Source of the DNA: Octopus sinensis
Taxonomy: Eukaryota
Assembly (NCBI RefSeq): GCF_006345805.1
Contig: NC_043000.1
Span: 132,122,001-132,186,000, forward strand
DNA length: 64,000 nt
Direction of reading: 5' to 3'
Shown: one piece after another, positions 1-11,026 of the stretch
Numbering within the stretch: position 1 is the first letter of the stretch
Layout of the letters: each line of letters opens with the position of its first letter
The notes under the pieces: generated by a model
Told to the model about the DNA's origin: nothing
The model's input: only the letters and a program-made list of their open reading frames with translations
Database searches by the model: none
Program-made: the position numbers and the translations under genes

Positions 1-99
1 CTTATCAGAAGGGTAATCATGATGGGTATATTGGGCTTCATATATCTGCACCCCAGTGTCACTTTGATGACATGCATTGCTCTCTCACTCAATAACAAT

Positions 100-318
100 A
101 ACAATGCTTTCTACCATAGACACAAGGCCTGAAGCTTTAGGGGAGGGGTCTAGTTGGTTACACCGACTTCAATGTTTCACTGGTACTTAATTTATTGACC
201 CCCAAAAGGATGAAAGGCAAAGTCGACCGTGGCAGAATTTGAACTCAGAACATAAATACAGACAAAATGCAACTAAATATTTTGCCCAGCATGCTAATGA
301 TTCTGCCAGCTCACTGCC

Positions 319-401
<83 letters not shown>

Positions 402-900
402 CCTTTCTACTGGAAGCACAAGGCCTCAAATTTGGGAAAGGGATTAAGTTGATTATATTGACTCCAGTGTAACTGGTACTAATTTTATTGACCTCAAAAG
501 GATGAAAGGGCAAGTTGACCTTGGCAGGTAAAGACAATCAAAACGCTGCTAAGTATTTTGCCTGGCATGCTAATGATTCTGCCAACTTGCCATCTAAATA
601 ACAATAATAATAATAATAATAATGGTTTAAAATTTTGCCACAAGGGTAGTAATTTTGGAAGAAGGGATGAGTCAATGATATCGACCCCAGGGTTCAACTG
701 GTATATATTTTGTTGACCCCGAAAAGATGGAAGGCAAAGTCAACCGCGATGGAATCTTAACTCAGAACGTAGCATTGGGCAAAATACCACTAAGCATTTC
801 ATCCAGCGTGCTAACAATTTGCCAGCTTAATAATAACAATAATAAATAATAATAATAATAATAATTTGTCCCTGATTAAGACACAAGGCCAGTAACTCAA
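100..900 (-). mobile_element. Head-to-tail array of about 3-4 tRNA-SINE copies (family 1) separated by AAT/ATT microsatellites
   Basis: Repeated core ggtacttaatttat(t/c)gacccc.aaaggatgaaaggcaaagtcgacc..ggc.gaatttgaactcagaac. Its reverse complement contains a B-box-like gagttcaaattcc. Confidence 0.8.
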
Positions 901-921
901 AAAGAGAGGGTTAGTCAATAC

Positions 922-1267
922 AATAATAATAATAATAATAATGAAATTATTGTATACAGTGTTCAGGTGCACTACAACTTGTCAAAAAGTGCATATAAAG
1001 CATATGGAGTAATGTACAAATGTCTGGAAAGTGAACAGTGTATGAGTCAGATACATGCTTGCGTTTGTATGGAGGGGAGAAAATCAGGTGTAGTGTTGGC
1101 GAATCTCAGGAAGCACGGAAATTTTGAAGGATGCAGTGCTCCAACAACTAACAACTGATGCCAGCAGTTTGTTCCATACTTCAGCAACTCTTAGCGTGAA
1201 AAAATGTTTCCGAACGTCATGGGAGCTGTGCTGTTTTCTGACTTTGTAAACATGTCCATGGGTGTTA
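922..1267 (-). mobile_element. CR1-like LINE 3' fragment
   Basis: Reverse complement of the 22473-22897 family, with an (ATT)n tail. Confidence 0.8.
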
Positions 1268-1699
1268 CCCCAGTACTTGACTGCTTTTTTATTTTATCAA
1301 TTTTGGAGAAATAAAAGAGAAAGTGGGATTTGAACTCAGAAAATAAAGCACCAGAAGAAAACTACAAAGCATTTTTTTCAATACTATTATTCTTATTATT
1401 ATTTCTTGTACTTTAAAACGTGTTTCTTATCGACAATGGATTTAAAATTTGTCACAAGTAAACACCAAAGTAAGCTTTTGGAGAATTATAATTATAAACT
1501 AGCTTCAGCTGCCAATGTGAGACAGTTCATTGTGCTATTAACAGCACCTAGAAGTGCATGACCAACCCAACTTCACAGCTCTCTCTTCTGAAAGAAAATC
1601 TAAGAAATTGTATTTCCAGCTTTATAATGATAATTAGTTTAGGAAAACTTCACTCATCTGCTTATATCATATAAGGTGAGACATATGGCATGTGGGACT

Positions 1700-1880
1700 G
1701 GCAATGTCTGGTCAAGGCAGTGAGCTGGCAGAAACGTTAGCATGCCAGGCGAAATGCTTAGTGGTATTTCATTTGGCTTTATGTTCTGAGTTCAAATTCC
1801 ACCGAGGTTGCCTTTGCCTTTCATCCTTTTGGGATCGATAAATCAAGTACCAGTTATGCACTGGGGTCGATGTAATCGAT
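1700..1880 (+). mobile_element. tRNA-SINE family 1 copy
   Basis: gagctggcagaaacgttagc...gagttcaaattcc...gcctttcatcc...gtaccag. Confidence 0.8.
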
Positions 1881-2185
1881 GGGCAATAAAGAAATAAGGT
1901 GACTTTTATTGACAGACAGCAAGTGTAAATGAACCAATGAGGAAGCCTCTATGTAGTAACTAGATGTGCTAAAAATAACAGCCAAATTTTCTTCACATCA
2001 CATCTCACTGCCTAAAAATAGAAGGGGAAGACGCACTAGACAATGTAGTCCTAGACATACAAAAGGATGGGACAATCATCACTGGAATGTCTTTAATCAT
2101 ATAGTCTGTTCAATCAAGGATTGACCTGAAGCCAAATAAAGAAACTGTGTTTATAGCAATGGCACCAATGATAGAAAAATTTTAC

Positions 2186-2272
2186 CTCATGCATTTTCTT
2201 CAGGGAATCATTTCCTTCCTTAAGACTCTGTAAAACATTGGCTTCAATCTGTGCAAACTCAATATCATGGAC
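2186..2272 (-). CDS. CHMP6: CHMP6 exon 4 (87 nt)
   Basis: TTTCAG acceptor, VHDIEFAQIE...KKMHE, GTAAAA donor. Confidence 0.95.
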
Positions 2273-5200
2273 CTGAAATAATAGGAAAAATAAAAACAAA
2301 TTTTATTATATTTTGTGTGATAACTATGAGAATATTGCAACTAAAGTTGTTATTAACAGTGATATTGTTTGAAAGATTGGAGGTGGTATACACTGGCTTT
2401 AAAATTATGCCCTGTGAGGAGTTTTTCACAATTCATTAAAATCTGCATGTCTTGCATAAATAACAGAAAACTATTTACTAAAATGTAAACAAGTATAACT
2501 TCATTTACATAATGGGTACAAGTTTGACAGTCAGAGAATACTATAGTATCAATACAGCACGAGTTATGAACAGACAGTCCATCTAGCTCCATCTATTTAG
2601 CAGAGATGGTTGCAACACTCAGTAGGGTCACCGTAAAGTTGATGCAAGTTTTCTTTTACAAGTGTTGACTTCAAACCTCTCAACGAGTTAAATCTGCAAT
2701 AAAGTGTTGTTCCAATCCAGGAAGGGAAGTGTCACACAAAATTTCATAATGCTGTGTCAGGATATTTCTCAGAGACAGATAAGTAAATAAGAATCTGTGC
2801 TGAAAGATTCTGCTCTTCTTAGCTTCACCCATTTTCTAAAAAACCGTATCCCTTGATTTGATGTAAGAAATGTTATTAACAACAATGACTATCTTCATCA
2901 TGATAACATTATTGGTACTATAGTTGGTAACAGCATTGAATAAAAAAAGTCTTTAAATGAGTCTTTCTTTTTCCTTTTAAATGTTAAAACGTTGATAGAA
3001 ACAATTCTACAGTCAAAGTCACTTGATAACAAAAATTGGAGACAAGAAAATAAGAACTTACCAGCCGTTCCAATGTTTCTAATTGATTTTCTGTTTTCTG
3101 GATTAATCCTTCTTGGAATTTTTTCTTTCTTAAAAGAAGTTTAACTCTCCTAAAATATTAAATGATGAAAAGTTTAATTATATTTCTTTAACACTTTAGC
3201 ATTTAAACCGGACATATCCAGATCAAATATTCTACCCATTTCATGTTCAAACTAACCAGATCCAGTCTCTCACACCTATTCTACAATGTCACTCTAAAAG
3301 TAAACAATCACATCATCAAAATTTCAAAGCTATGAGATAATGCACAAGTAATGTGAATAAAATAAACATTACATTTAACAGAGTAATCTGAATGCTGAAG
3401 GGTTAAAATAGACAGAGCCTTGTATGATGCATACAAACAATATGCTTAGAAAATATGTTCATTTGTTCATATTAAAAAGAAGAAAAAGAGTTGCTAATAA
3501 CTATTTTATGAAAAGATTCATCTCTTATAAAGCTTTGTACTATTGAAATTATTTATTGATTCTTAAGAAGTTTAAGCATAAACTTAGAAAGTCAATACAG
3601 ATCAAGGCCATTGCTTAACAACATTAACTGGTTACATATCTTTTCAAAAGGTATTTCAAAATAGATTGAAATAACCAGACTTAGAACTGAGCAGATGTGA
3701 CAAATTATAGATAGAAGTAGGCAAATGGAGTTATCACATCCATTTTCTGTTTACTATTTTTTTTTACTTTCTTTTCAGTGTATTTTTCACATTTATTTTT
3801 GAATGTTCTAAGAGACCTTTTTCTAGCACATAAACTTTTTATCTGTACTTGCATATTTTTTCATTTAGTTTGTGTTTTTATTTTAAGTCAACTATTCTAT
3901 TAATTTAAACAGCTACCAACAAGCAGACAAACTATCTATCTATCTACTGGTCTATCTATCTATCAGGGAATAGAAAAATAACTCAACCAACTGACTGTTG
4001 GTTGAAATAAACAGAGATTTAATGAAGATAAAATAGATAATTGTTGAAATCATGAGATAAGTGGTGAGCTGGTAGAAACGTTAGTGCGCCGGGTAAAATG
4101 CTTAACGGTATTTTGCCTGTATTTATGTTTTTAGGCGTAGGAGCGGCTGTGTGGTAGTAGCTTGCTTATGAACCACATGGTTCCAGGTCCAGTCCAACTT
4201 CGTGGCACCTTGAGCAAGTGTCTTCTACTATAGCCTTGGGCCGACCAAAGCCTTGCGAGTGGATTTGGTAGATGGAAACTGAAAGAAGTCCGTCATATGT
4301 GTGTGTGTGTGTGTGTGTGTCTATGTTTGTACCCCCAACATCGCTTGACAACCGATGCTGGTATTTTTATGTCCCCGTAACTTAGCGGTTCGGCAAAAGA
4401 GACCGATAGAATAAGTACTAGGCTTACAAAGAATAAGTCCTGGGGTCGATTTCCTCGACTAAAGGTGGTGCTCAAGCATGGCCACAGTCAAATAACTGAA
4501 ACAAGTAAAAGAGTAGTATAGTTAGTTGCTGCAAATTTGGCAAAACATTATTGATTGTGTTGTTGGGCAAAGTATTATTAAGTGTTGCTTTGTGCCTGCA
4601 CTAGAGATTATTATTTTGTCTTGTGAGTTACTTGGCAACCTCACTAGTGTTGGTGTCTTGGAAGAAGTAGCCAGTGCACTATGCAAAGTGGTTGGTGTTA
4701 AGAAGTGCATCCAACCATCAAAACCATGCCAAAACACACATAAGTGTTCAATGCAGTCCTCTGGATCATTGAATCCTTTCAAACAGTTTAACCTATGCTA
4801 GCATGGAAGACGAATGTTAAATGATGATGATGGTGATGAATACTTTGTTTCCAATAAATGCACAAAATAAAATGATTATGATGATGGTTATATACTTACT
4901 CTCGACGGCCATTTTTCAAAAGAGCTCTGGCAGCTTCTTTTTCTCTCACTAAGTTTGCTTCAAGCTTCTTAGTGTACTGTTTCAGTTTGTCACGTTGAAC
5001 CTTCAGTTGCTGTAAAGGATATAAAGAGTTTTTTTTAAAACCTTACCTTACCAACAATGTCTTATATTGCAACAGTCAACAAAGAGTCTTAATAACATTG
5101 ATAACTGTGACACAGACAGTTTGGAACATCATGCATCTAAGTTCATATCTATCAAATCAACTTTGTTGTTACATCAATATCACCATTGTTTTAATGCTAA

Positions 5201-7689
5201 CATGCCTCTAATTTACAACCAAGAAAGATACTGTTTACAACCATTTAGTTTTATGTCAGATCCTATCAGGTAAGCCTATAATCAAATGAATTATAACTAT
5301 AGCCAGTCCACTTTTTACTCAAACAGTGTATCTGGGGCTACATCATACAATTATCTTTCCTTTTTAAGACAGCAGAATGTGATTTGGATATTTGGCTGCT
5401 ATTTCTAGCAAGTGGACTGACCAAGAAGAGGCTACTTAGAGTTTTTATTTTCATTGGTTTGATCACAAGGAAGAGTCTGTGTACATAGCTTTGACAGGCC
5501 CTTCAAGACCATTGAATTTACCAAGAGAAGCTGGCTGATGCACAAAAAATATGATCAGGGAGGGAATTCCAGGGAGCTATATTAGCGAAAGAGGACTGGG
5601 TTTTTTACTGGGTCTGGAGAAAGGGGCAGTTCCACAGTCTTTGCAGGCAGGCATTCCAAGGACAATGAGATTGATGCTATTAATGATCTATTTAAACTAT
5701 TGTAAATCAAACTGAGTGAAAACCACACAGATTTGGCATGTCAAGTAGAGATAATGCAGGGTTGGAGAGGACTCATTAGTTTTACTGAGAACAAGACAAC
5801 CTCTATAGTGTTGGTGCCTTGAAAAAATACAGCTAGTGAACTTTGTAAAGTGGTTGGTGATAGGAAGGACACAAAGTTCTAGAAACAAAGATAAATCTGT
5901 GACACTAGAGTAAAGGCATGGTCTGCCAACCTGCTGAACCATCCAACCCATGGAACTCAGATGTAAAATGGTGATGATGATGATGAAATTGATAGCTACA
6001 GATAGTATTTAGCACAGGACCTGGAGAGGATGATTAGGAGACACAACAAAGGTGATGAGAAGAAAAGAGACAAGTAACTCTGGAACACCTAATGTCAGTG
6101 GCACAAGACCAACCAGAGCAAAGAGCAGAAGCAATTGTGATAGAAGTAGAAAATACAGAGATAAGAAACAACACATCACTAGGCCAAGGACTGGAGGTTG
6201 AGGGCAAGTGATTTCTGACAATCAATTAGTTAGTCGTCTTTTTTTTTAAGATGCTGATGACGTATGTAGCCTCAGGCTAGTTCTGATCAAGTAGAACTAC
6301 AGCATACAGGTAGTTGACCGAATAACTAGTTGTAACCCACAGATGTGTCATTACCACTTACAGTTATATGTGAAGGTATAATCATTTAACTTACACTTCT
6401 TTATTTACATAAGAATGGTTTATCCCAGAACTAGTCTTGAGATGCTAAGTAAGCCAAGGGAGTTAATTACGCAACCGTCATTAACAAGCCAACAAATCTA
6501 CTAGAAATAGCAGCCAAACTTTATTCAAATGAAATCATACCATCTTAAATGCAGAACAATGTGATGTAGTCTATAATATTTAAAGCACAGAATGGTCACA
6601 GCTAAGACACCTTTGATCTTAAACAAGTCTGACCTGAGGTTCAACCATTTCTGGATTTAGGCATGTCTGTATGAATATCCCTACAATATCTCTCTTCATT
6701 GACTCAATAGACTCAGGTATTTTCAATACAAGGTAAAAAAAACCTGAGTCTAATGAGTCAATGAAGAAACCTTTCTATAGTCTCTTAACTTGCGAGAATT
6801 ATCTGTCAAAACTCCCTCAAATCACATCAAACCATTTAAAAAAAAAAACAAAGAATAATACATCTAAAATTGTTCAATGCTTGAAAAAAGATGGGATGTT
6901 AACAAGGGAAACGCCTTTGATTGCGAGTTCACTGGATCAGGGATGACATGGGATTAAATAGCAACAAATAGCCGACACGATAAGAATGTGAGAGAACTGC
7001 TGAGTATGGTTCTGTTGAATGTCTTTCATGAAAATTTGAATGACCATTCTCACTAACTACTACACAGCTTTCTGATCAGATAGAGGACTACCACTATACT
7101 ATATTGCAATACATTAGACCAAGACACTTTTAGTTGTGCTGCTGAGAAGGCATTTTCATATTCCTGATATACAAAGGGATAACAAATGCTGCTTGATCTC
7201 CAAAGAACATGTGATATCACAGCATGAGGGGGGTCTTGTGTAATTTAGATATCTAGGAAATTGAAACTGTAAACCTCTATCTATTGATGTAAATGAGATA
7301 CATTTGCAACTTATTTGTATTCAAAATCAGCAATAAACTCAATAGATATTGTATTACACTAAGAACAACTTGACCCAGCCATGACACTGAATCAAGTTAT
7401 CTGAAGCTTAGTACATTACCAACTACTGTACTACTTATATGTAGGCCATCAATGATCAAATAATCAATGACCGAACCTACCACTATAGTGTCAACTACAT
7501 AGTTGATACAGTTCTATATTTAAGAGATGAGGAATTATGTTCATTGTTTACATTATTTACATTTGACGGATATTTGTCCTCATCTTGTTTGTAGTTAACA
7601 CAACGTTTCGGCTGATATACCTTCCAGCCTTCATCAGGTGTCTTGGGGAAATTTTGAACCTGGGTTCTCATTCCTAAGGTATTTTTCGA

Positions 7690-7724
<35 letters not shown>

Positions 7725-7853
7725 TCAAAGCCTGGAATTAAACTCAGAATCTTAGGGTTAGTAGCCTGTATGCCATATGCCCGGGCATACAGCATAGTGA
7801 TTAAGAGCATGGGCTACTAACCCCAAGATTCTGAGTTTGATTCCAGGCAGTGA

Positions 7854-7884
<31 letters not shown>

Positions 7885-10800
7885 GATAATAATAATAATA
7901 ATAATAACAACATCGAAAAATACCTTAGGAACGAGAACCCAAGTTCGAAATTTCCCCAAGACACCTGATGAAGGGTGGAGTGTATATCAGCCAAAATGTG
8001 TAAACTACAAACAAAATGAGGGCAAATATCTGTCAAATGTTAATAATGTACATAGTTGATGTTGATAGAGTTGTAGATCAGTGTCTATTGGTTAGAAACT
8101 CCAAAACCAAGTTTCAGTGAGATATTCATGCCTATCTCTTAAATTTCCAAACCATCAAAGTAAGAACGATGTAGGTGTCATTCTTAGCCATATGCTACCA
8201 TAGATAATATCTTAATGATTTTTTGCTTCCAGTTAAATCAAAACACAATAAAGACACATTGAGCCACAACATCTGTAGATTTATTTGCTGAGTAGACAAT
8301 CTAGTGAAAGGTGAAAGTGATGGAAGCATGGGATTTTTATGGGTGTTGTTTTAAGTTTTTCACTGTAGATTAAAAATGTGTATCCATTCATAGTTATTGT
8401 TATTTTGTTTATAACAAAATGGAAGATGAGCTGTACCTCTATATTCAGCATTTAAACTTTAGTCAAATTTGGCTTTCATTCTTGGCAAAGACTCAAAACC
8501 TTGAAGATGTACTCAATAGAAAGAAGATTTGAGCGATACCGAATTATATACATTTGGAAAATGATAGAGCAAAAGGTGCCAAACTTTGGTATCAAAACCT
8601 ACCACTCACTGCGCCACGGAAGACGCTGCCAGCTACCACCAATCAACAAAAAGGCTGGCCAGGCAGCAAAAACCCTGCGAGAGTCAAGTCTGTTGGTTCG
8701 AGGAGCACAACTATTCAACTCCATTCCGGTACATGTCAGAAATCTATCAGGATGCAGTGTGGAATCATTCAAATTGCAGCTGGATAGATACTTAAGCACC
8801 ATTAGAGATGAACCCCATCTCCCAGGATATACACAACGAGCACAAACTGACTCAAACTCGCTCCTACACATGTCAAAATTAAACAGAGAATACAACCTGG
8901 CAACCACACCAGACTCTGAGGGTGGAGTCTTCGACTTGGCCTGAGCATGGACTCAAACTCAAATGAAATGAAATGAAATGAAATTGTTAGAATGAATGCT
9001 AAATTTTACTAAAATTTAAATGTCAATTCCTGAAAGCCTTTGTTATACAACTAAAGACATGCAGAATATAGGGGTACAAGCTCTTAGGTATGTCCTCTTA
9101 GACTGATGAATATAATGGTGATGATATTGAACTTTTAAATCCCTGTTGGTTGATTCTTGTGGGAAGAATATGAACAAAGAATATCCCAGGAGGTTCTGGC
9201 CAGGGGATATAAAAGTAGTATTTGTATGGTGAGACGAAGTAGGGATAACAAGTTGAAGAGTAACAGACCCATTGGCCCACTACAAGCCAATTCAAGAGAA
9301 CAAAAGCAATTTTAGTGCAGTAGATGTTTCCTTCCTTCTCGAGTCACGCCTGACTCATAGGGCCAGTTTCCCGGTTTCCTTGGCGTATAGGTTCCCCACC
9401 GGGACGGGACATCAGTCCATCGCAGGTAAGCTGCAAGATGTAGGAGGAAAGAGTGAGAGAAAGTTGTGGCGAAAAATTCAGCAGAAGTTCGCCATTACCT
9501 TATGCCGGAGCTGCGTGGAGCTTAGGTTTTTCGCTCATAAACACACACATCGCCCGGTCTGAGATTCGAACTCGCGATCCCTCGACCTCGAGTCCGCTAT
9601 TCTAACCATAAGGCTATGTGCCTCCACTGCAGTAGATGAGACAAGCGCAATGTTTCCTCTAATGTGTCCTTTTCTTTCTTAAGACGATAGAGGAAAATTT
9701 TTGTTGCTATTTCTAACAGGTTGGACGACAACGTAGAGGTTTCTTCGTCGGGTTGTGAGCAAGAAATCGCAATGTATTGTGAGGGCACCTTAACTAAAAG
9801 ACACAAGAATATTGGCCTTCTATTTGAAACATTTAGGTGAGGGTAACAGGCATAAATCAAAGATGTTGGTGAAAACTTCTGTTAGCCGATTGAAAACCTT
9901 CGCTAGCTGTACTGCTCATCTGGAAATACCACAAGACTTACACTTGGGCATACATAATGCACAAAGATAACTTATCTAACGGGTGGAGAGTCCCATTTGG
10001 CTTCCGGGGTTCGACATAAACTTTGCAGTGGAAAAATCAGTCGAAATTATATTAAGAATTACTAATAAGAAATAACTGAAGAAACAAATAATGGAGTTTA
10101 GTTTAGTTTCACTATACATTGAAGGAAGCAGGAATCTCTACGTGGTCGCTCAACATACCAGAAATAGCAGTCTTCTTCAAGTCACACCCTACCGTCTGGA
10201 AAAAAACATTGGATAGCGTGGTTTGGGGTTACCTGTGCAAGTCGGAATATCTAGAATACCTTTATCATATACAGTAGGTTTACTCGACCTGGACTCACCT
10301 AGGGCTTAACAACAATAACAACTAATGTATAGGTTTTAAAGTGTGTGAGTTATTGCTTAACTTCAAATTAGGCCCTGATTAGGCACAACCTATTATCAGA
10401 AGTAGTTCAGTCATAACTATCCCGTCTTTTACTCAGAGCTACATTATTCAATGTGTCCTTCTTCTCACTGTAAGGCAGTAATAAGTAATTTGAGGGAGAT
10501 TTTCCAGCTGTTTCTAGCAGATCGAGTGATTGTGTAGAGGTTCGAGAATTTATGAAGAAATGAATGGTTGTAAATTAAGCAACGACCCGTGCCCAAGAAG
10601 AAGAAAAAAAAACATAGAGTTCTTATACATGTGCTTTGGTAGGTTCGTCTATAAAGCAAATAATGGGGTTTTTGGGAGGTTTTTTTTAAGTGGCGGGGAT
10701 TGTTTTGCTTTAGAGAAATTTCTGTTTTCAAAATACGGAAACAAGTGACAACCCTGTAATTGACATACTAATATTACTTCCACATGTACGGTTAAACTCT

Positions 10801-11026
10801 CCTATAAAATACACTACTTACTCATTGTGCTAAGAATTAACAATATATACGTGCGCGTGTGTATAATTATTCATATATATATATATCTATATATATCATT
10901 ATTAAGATGCTAAAAAAATACCATAGTTGAACCTCCCCCGAAATTTACAATCCAACTTACTAATACTGCTTTGTCTTGTTCGGTGATTCTCGTATCTTTT
11001 TTCTTCTTAGTGAAAAAACTCCCCAT
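2186..11026 (-). CDS. CHMP6: CHMP6/VPS20 (ESCRT-III), 3'-partial gene; join 11026-10961, 5009-4900, 3149-3062, 2272-2186
   Basis: Spliced translation MGSFFTKKKKDTRITEQDKAVL-QLKVQRDKLKQYTKKLEANLVREKEAARALLKNGRRE-RVKLLLRKKKFQEGLIQKTENQLETLERL-VHDIEFAQIEANVLQSLKEGNDSLKKMHE matches the CHMP6 N-terminus I recall, including the myristoylation Gly2. All introns are GT-AG with compatible phases. No further exon found in 1-2185. Confidence 0.95.
3062..3149 (-). CDS. CHMP6: CHMP6 exon 3 (88 nt)
   Basis: TTTTAG acceptor, RVKLLLRKKKFQE...LERL, GTAAGT donor. Confidence 0.95.
3192..3402. mobile_element. piggyBac-like MITE, family A
   Basis: TTAA on both flanks; degenerate TIR (C)CCTTTAGCATT / AATGCT.AAGGG; homologous to 35051-35271 and 47820-48028. 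Confidence 0.7.
4133..4514 (+). mobile_element. tRNA-derived CORE-like SINE (family 2)
   Basis: tRNA-like head, CORE-like caccttg.gcaagtgtcttc, internal (GT)n, taaaagag tail. Confidence 0.85.
4900..5009 (-). CDS. CHMP6: CHMP6 exon 2 (110 nt)
   Basis: TTTACAG acceptor, QLKVQRDKLKQY...NGRR, GTAAGT donor. Confidence 0.95.
7508..8048. mobile_element. Inverted (head-to-head) dimer of a tRNA-headed SINE-like element with a Penelope-like tail
   Basis: Arms 7549-7766 and 7812-8050 are reverse complements. The direct repeat tacatagttgat lies at 7496-7507 and 8049-8060. Confidence 0.8.
7597..7642 (-). ncRNA. Minimal type I hammerhead ribozyme motif
   Basis: GACAC-CUGAUGA-A-GGCUG(GAAGGUAUAU)CAGCC-GAAA-CGUU-GUGUU: conserved core, 5-bp stem I, 5-bp stem II, loopless palindromic ACGU stem III. 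Confidence 0.7.
8482..8985 (+). mobile_element. 5'-truncated CR1/L2-group LINE, ORF2 C-terminus
   Basis: WQRLKTLKMYSIERRFERY...RGAQLFNSIP...FKLQLDRYL...DEP..PGY; (AAATG)n tail. Confidence 0.8.
9327..9627 (-). mobile_element. tRNA-SINE family 3 with a V-domain-like segment
   Basis: A/B-box head, gcgatggactgatgtcccgtcc segment, 11-bp TSD tgcagtagatg (9316-9326 and 9628-9638). Confidence 0.85.
10961..11026 (-). CDS. CHMP6: CHMP6 coding exon 1 (66 nt)
   Basis: ATG GGG AGT...GCA GTA TTA followed by GTAAGT donor. Confidence 0.93.

Noticed and set aside
267-697. Short ORFs with poly-I/N/Y/L
   Set aside because: Translations of AAT microsatellites within SINE arrays
8490-8960. gactcaaa direct repeat as a LINE TSD
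   Set aside because: The left instance is in-frame LINE coding sequence (RLK), not flank
9103-9140. CTGATGA hammerhead-like start
   Set aside because: Followed by GAAC rather than GAAA, with no stem I or III
9555-9627. Possible tRNA genes (also at about 7775, 24790 and 32627)
   Set aside because: Only A/B-box heads of SINEs, fused to SINE bodies and lacking complete acceptor stems
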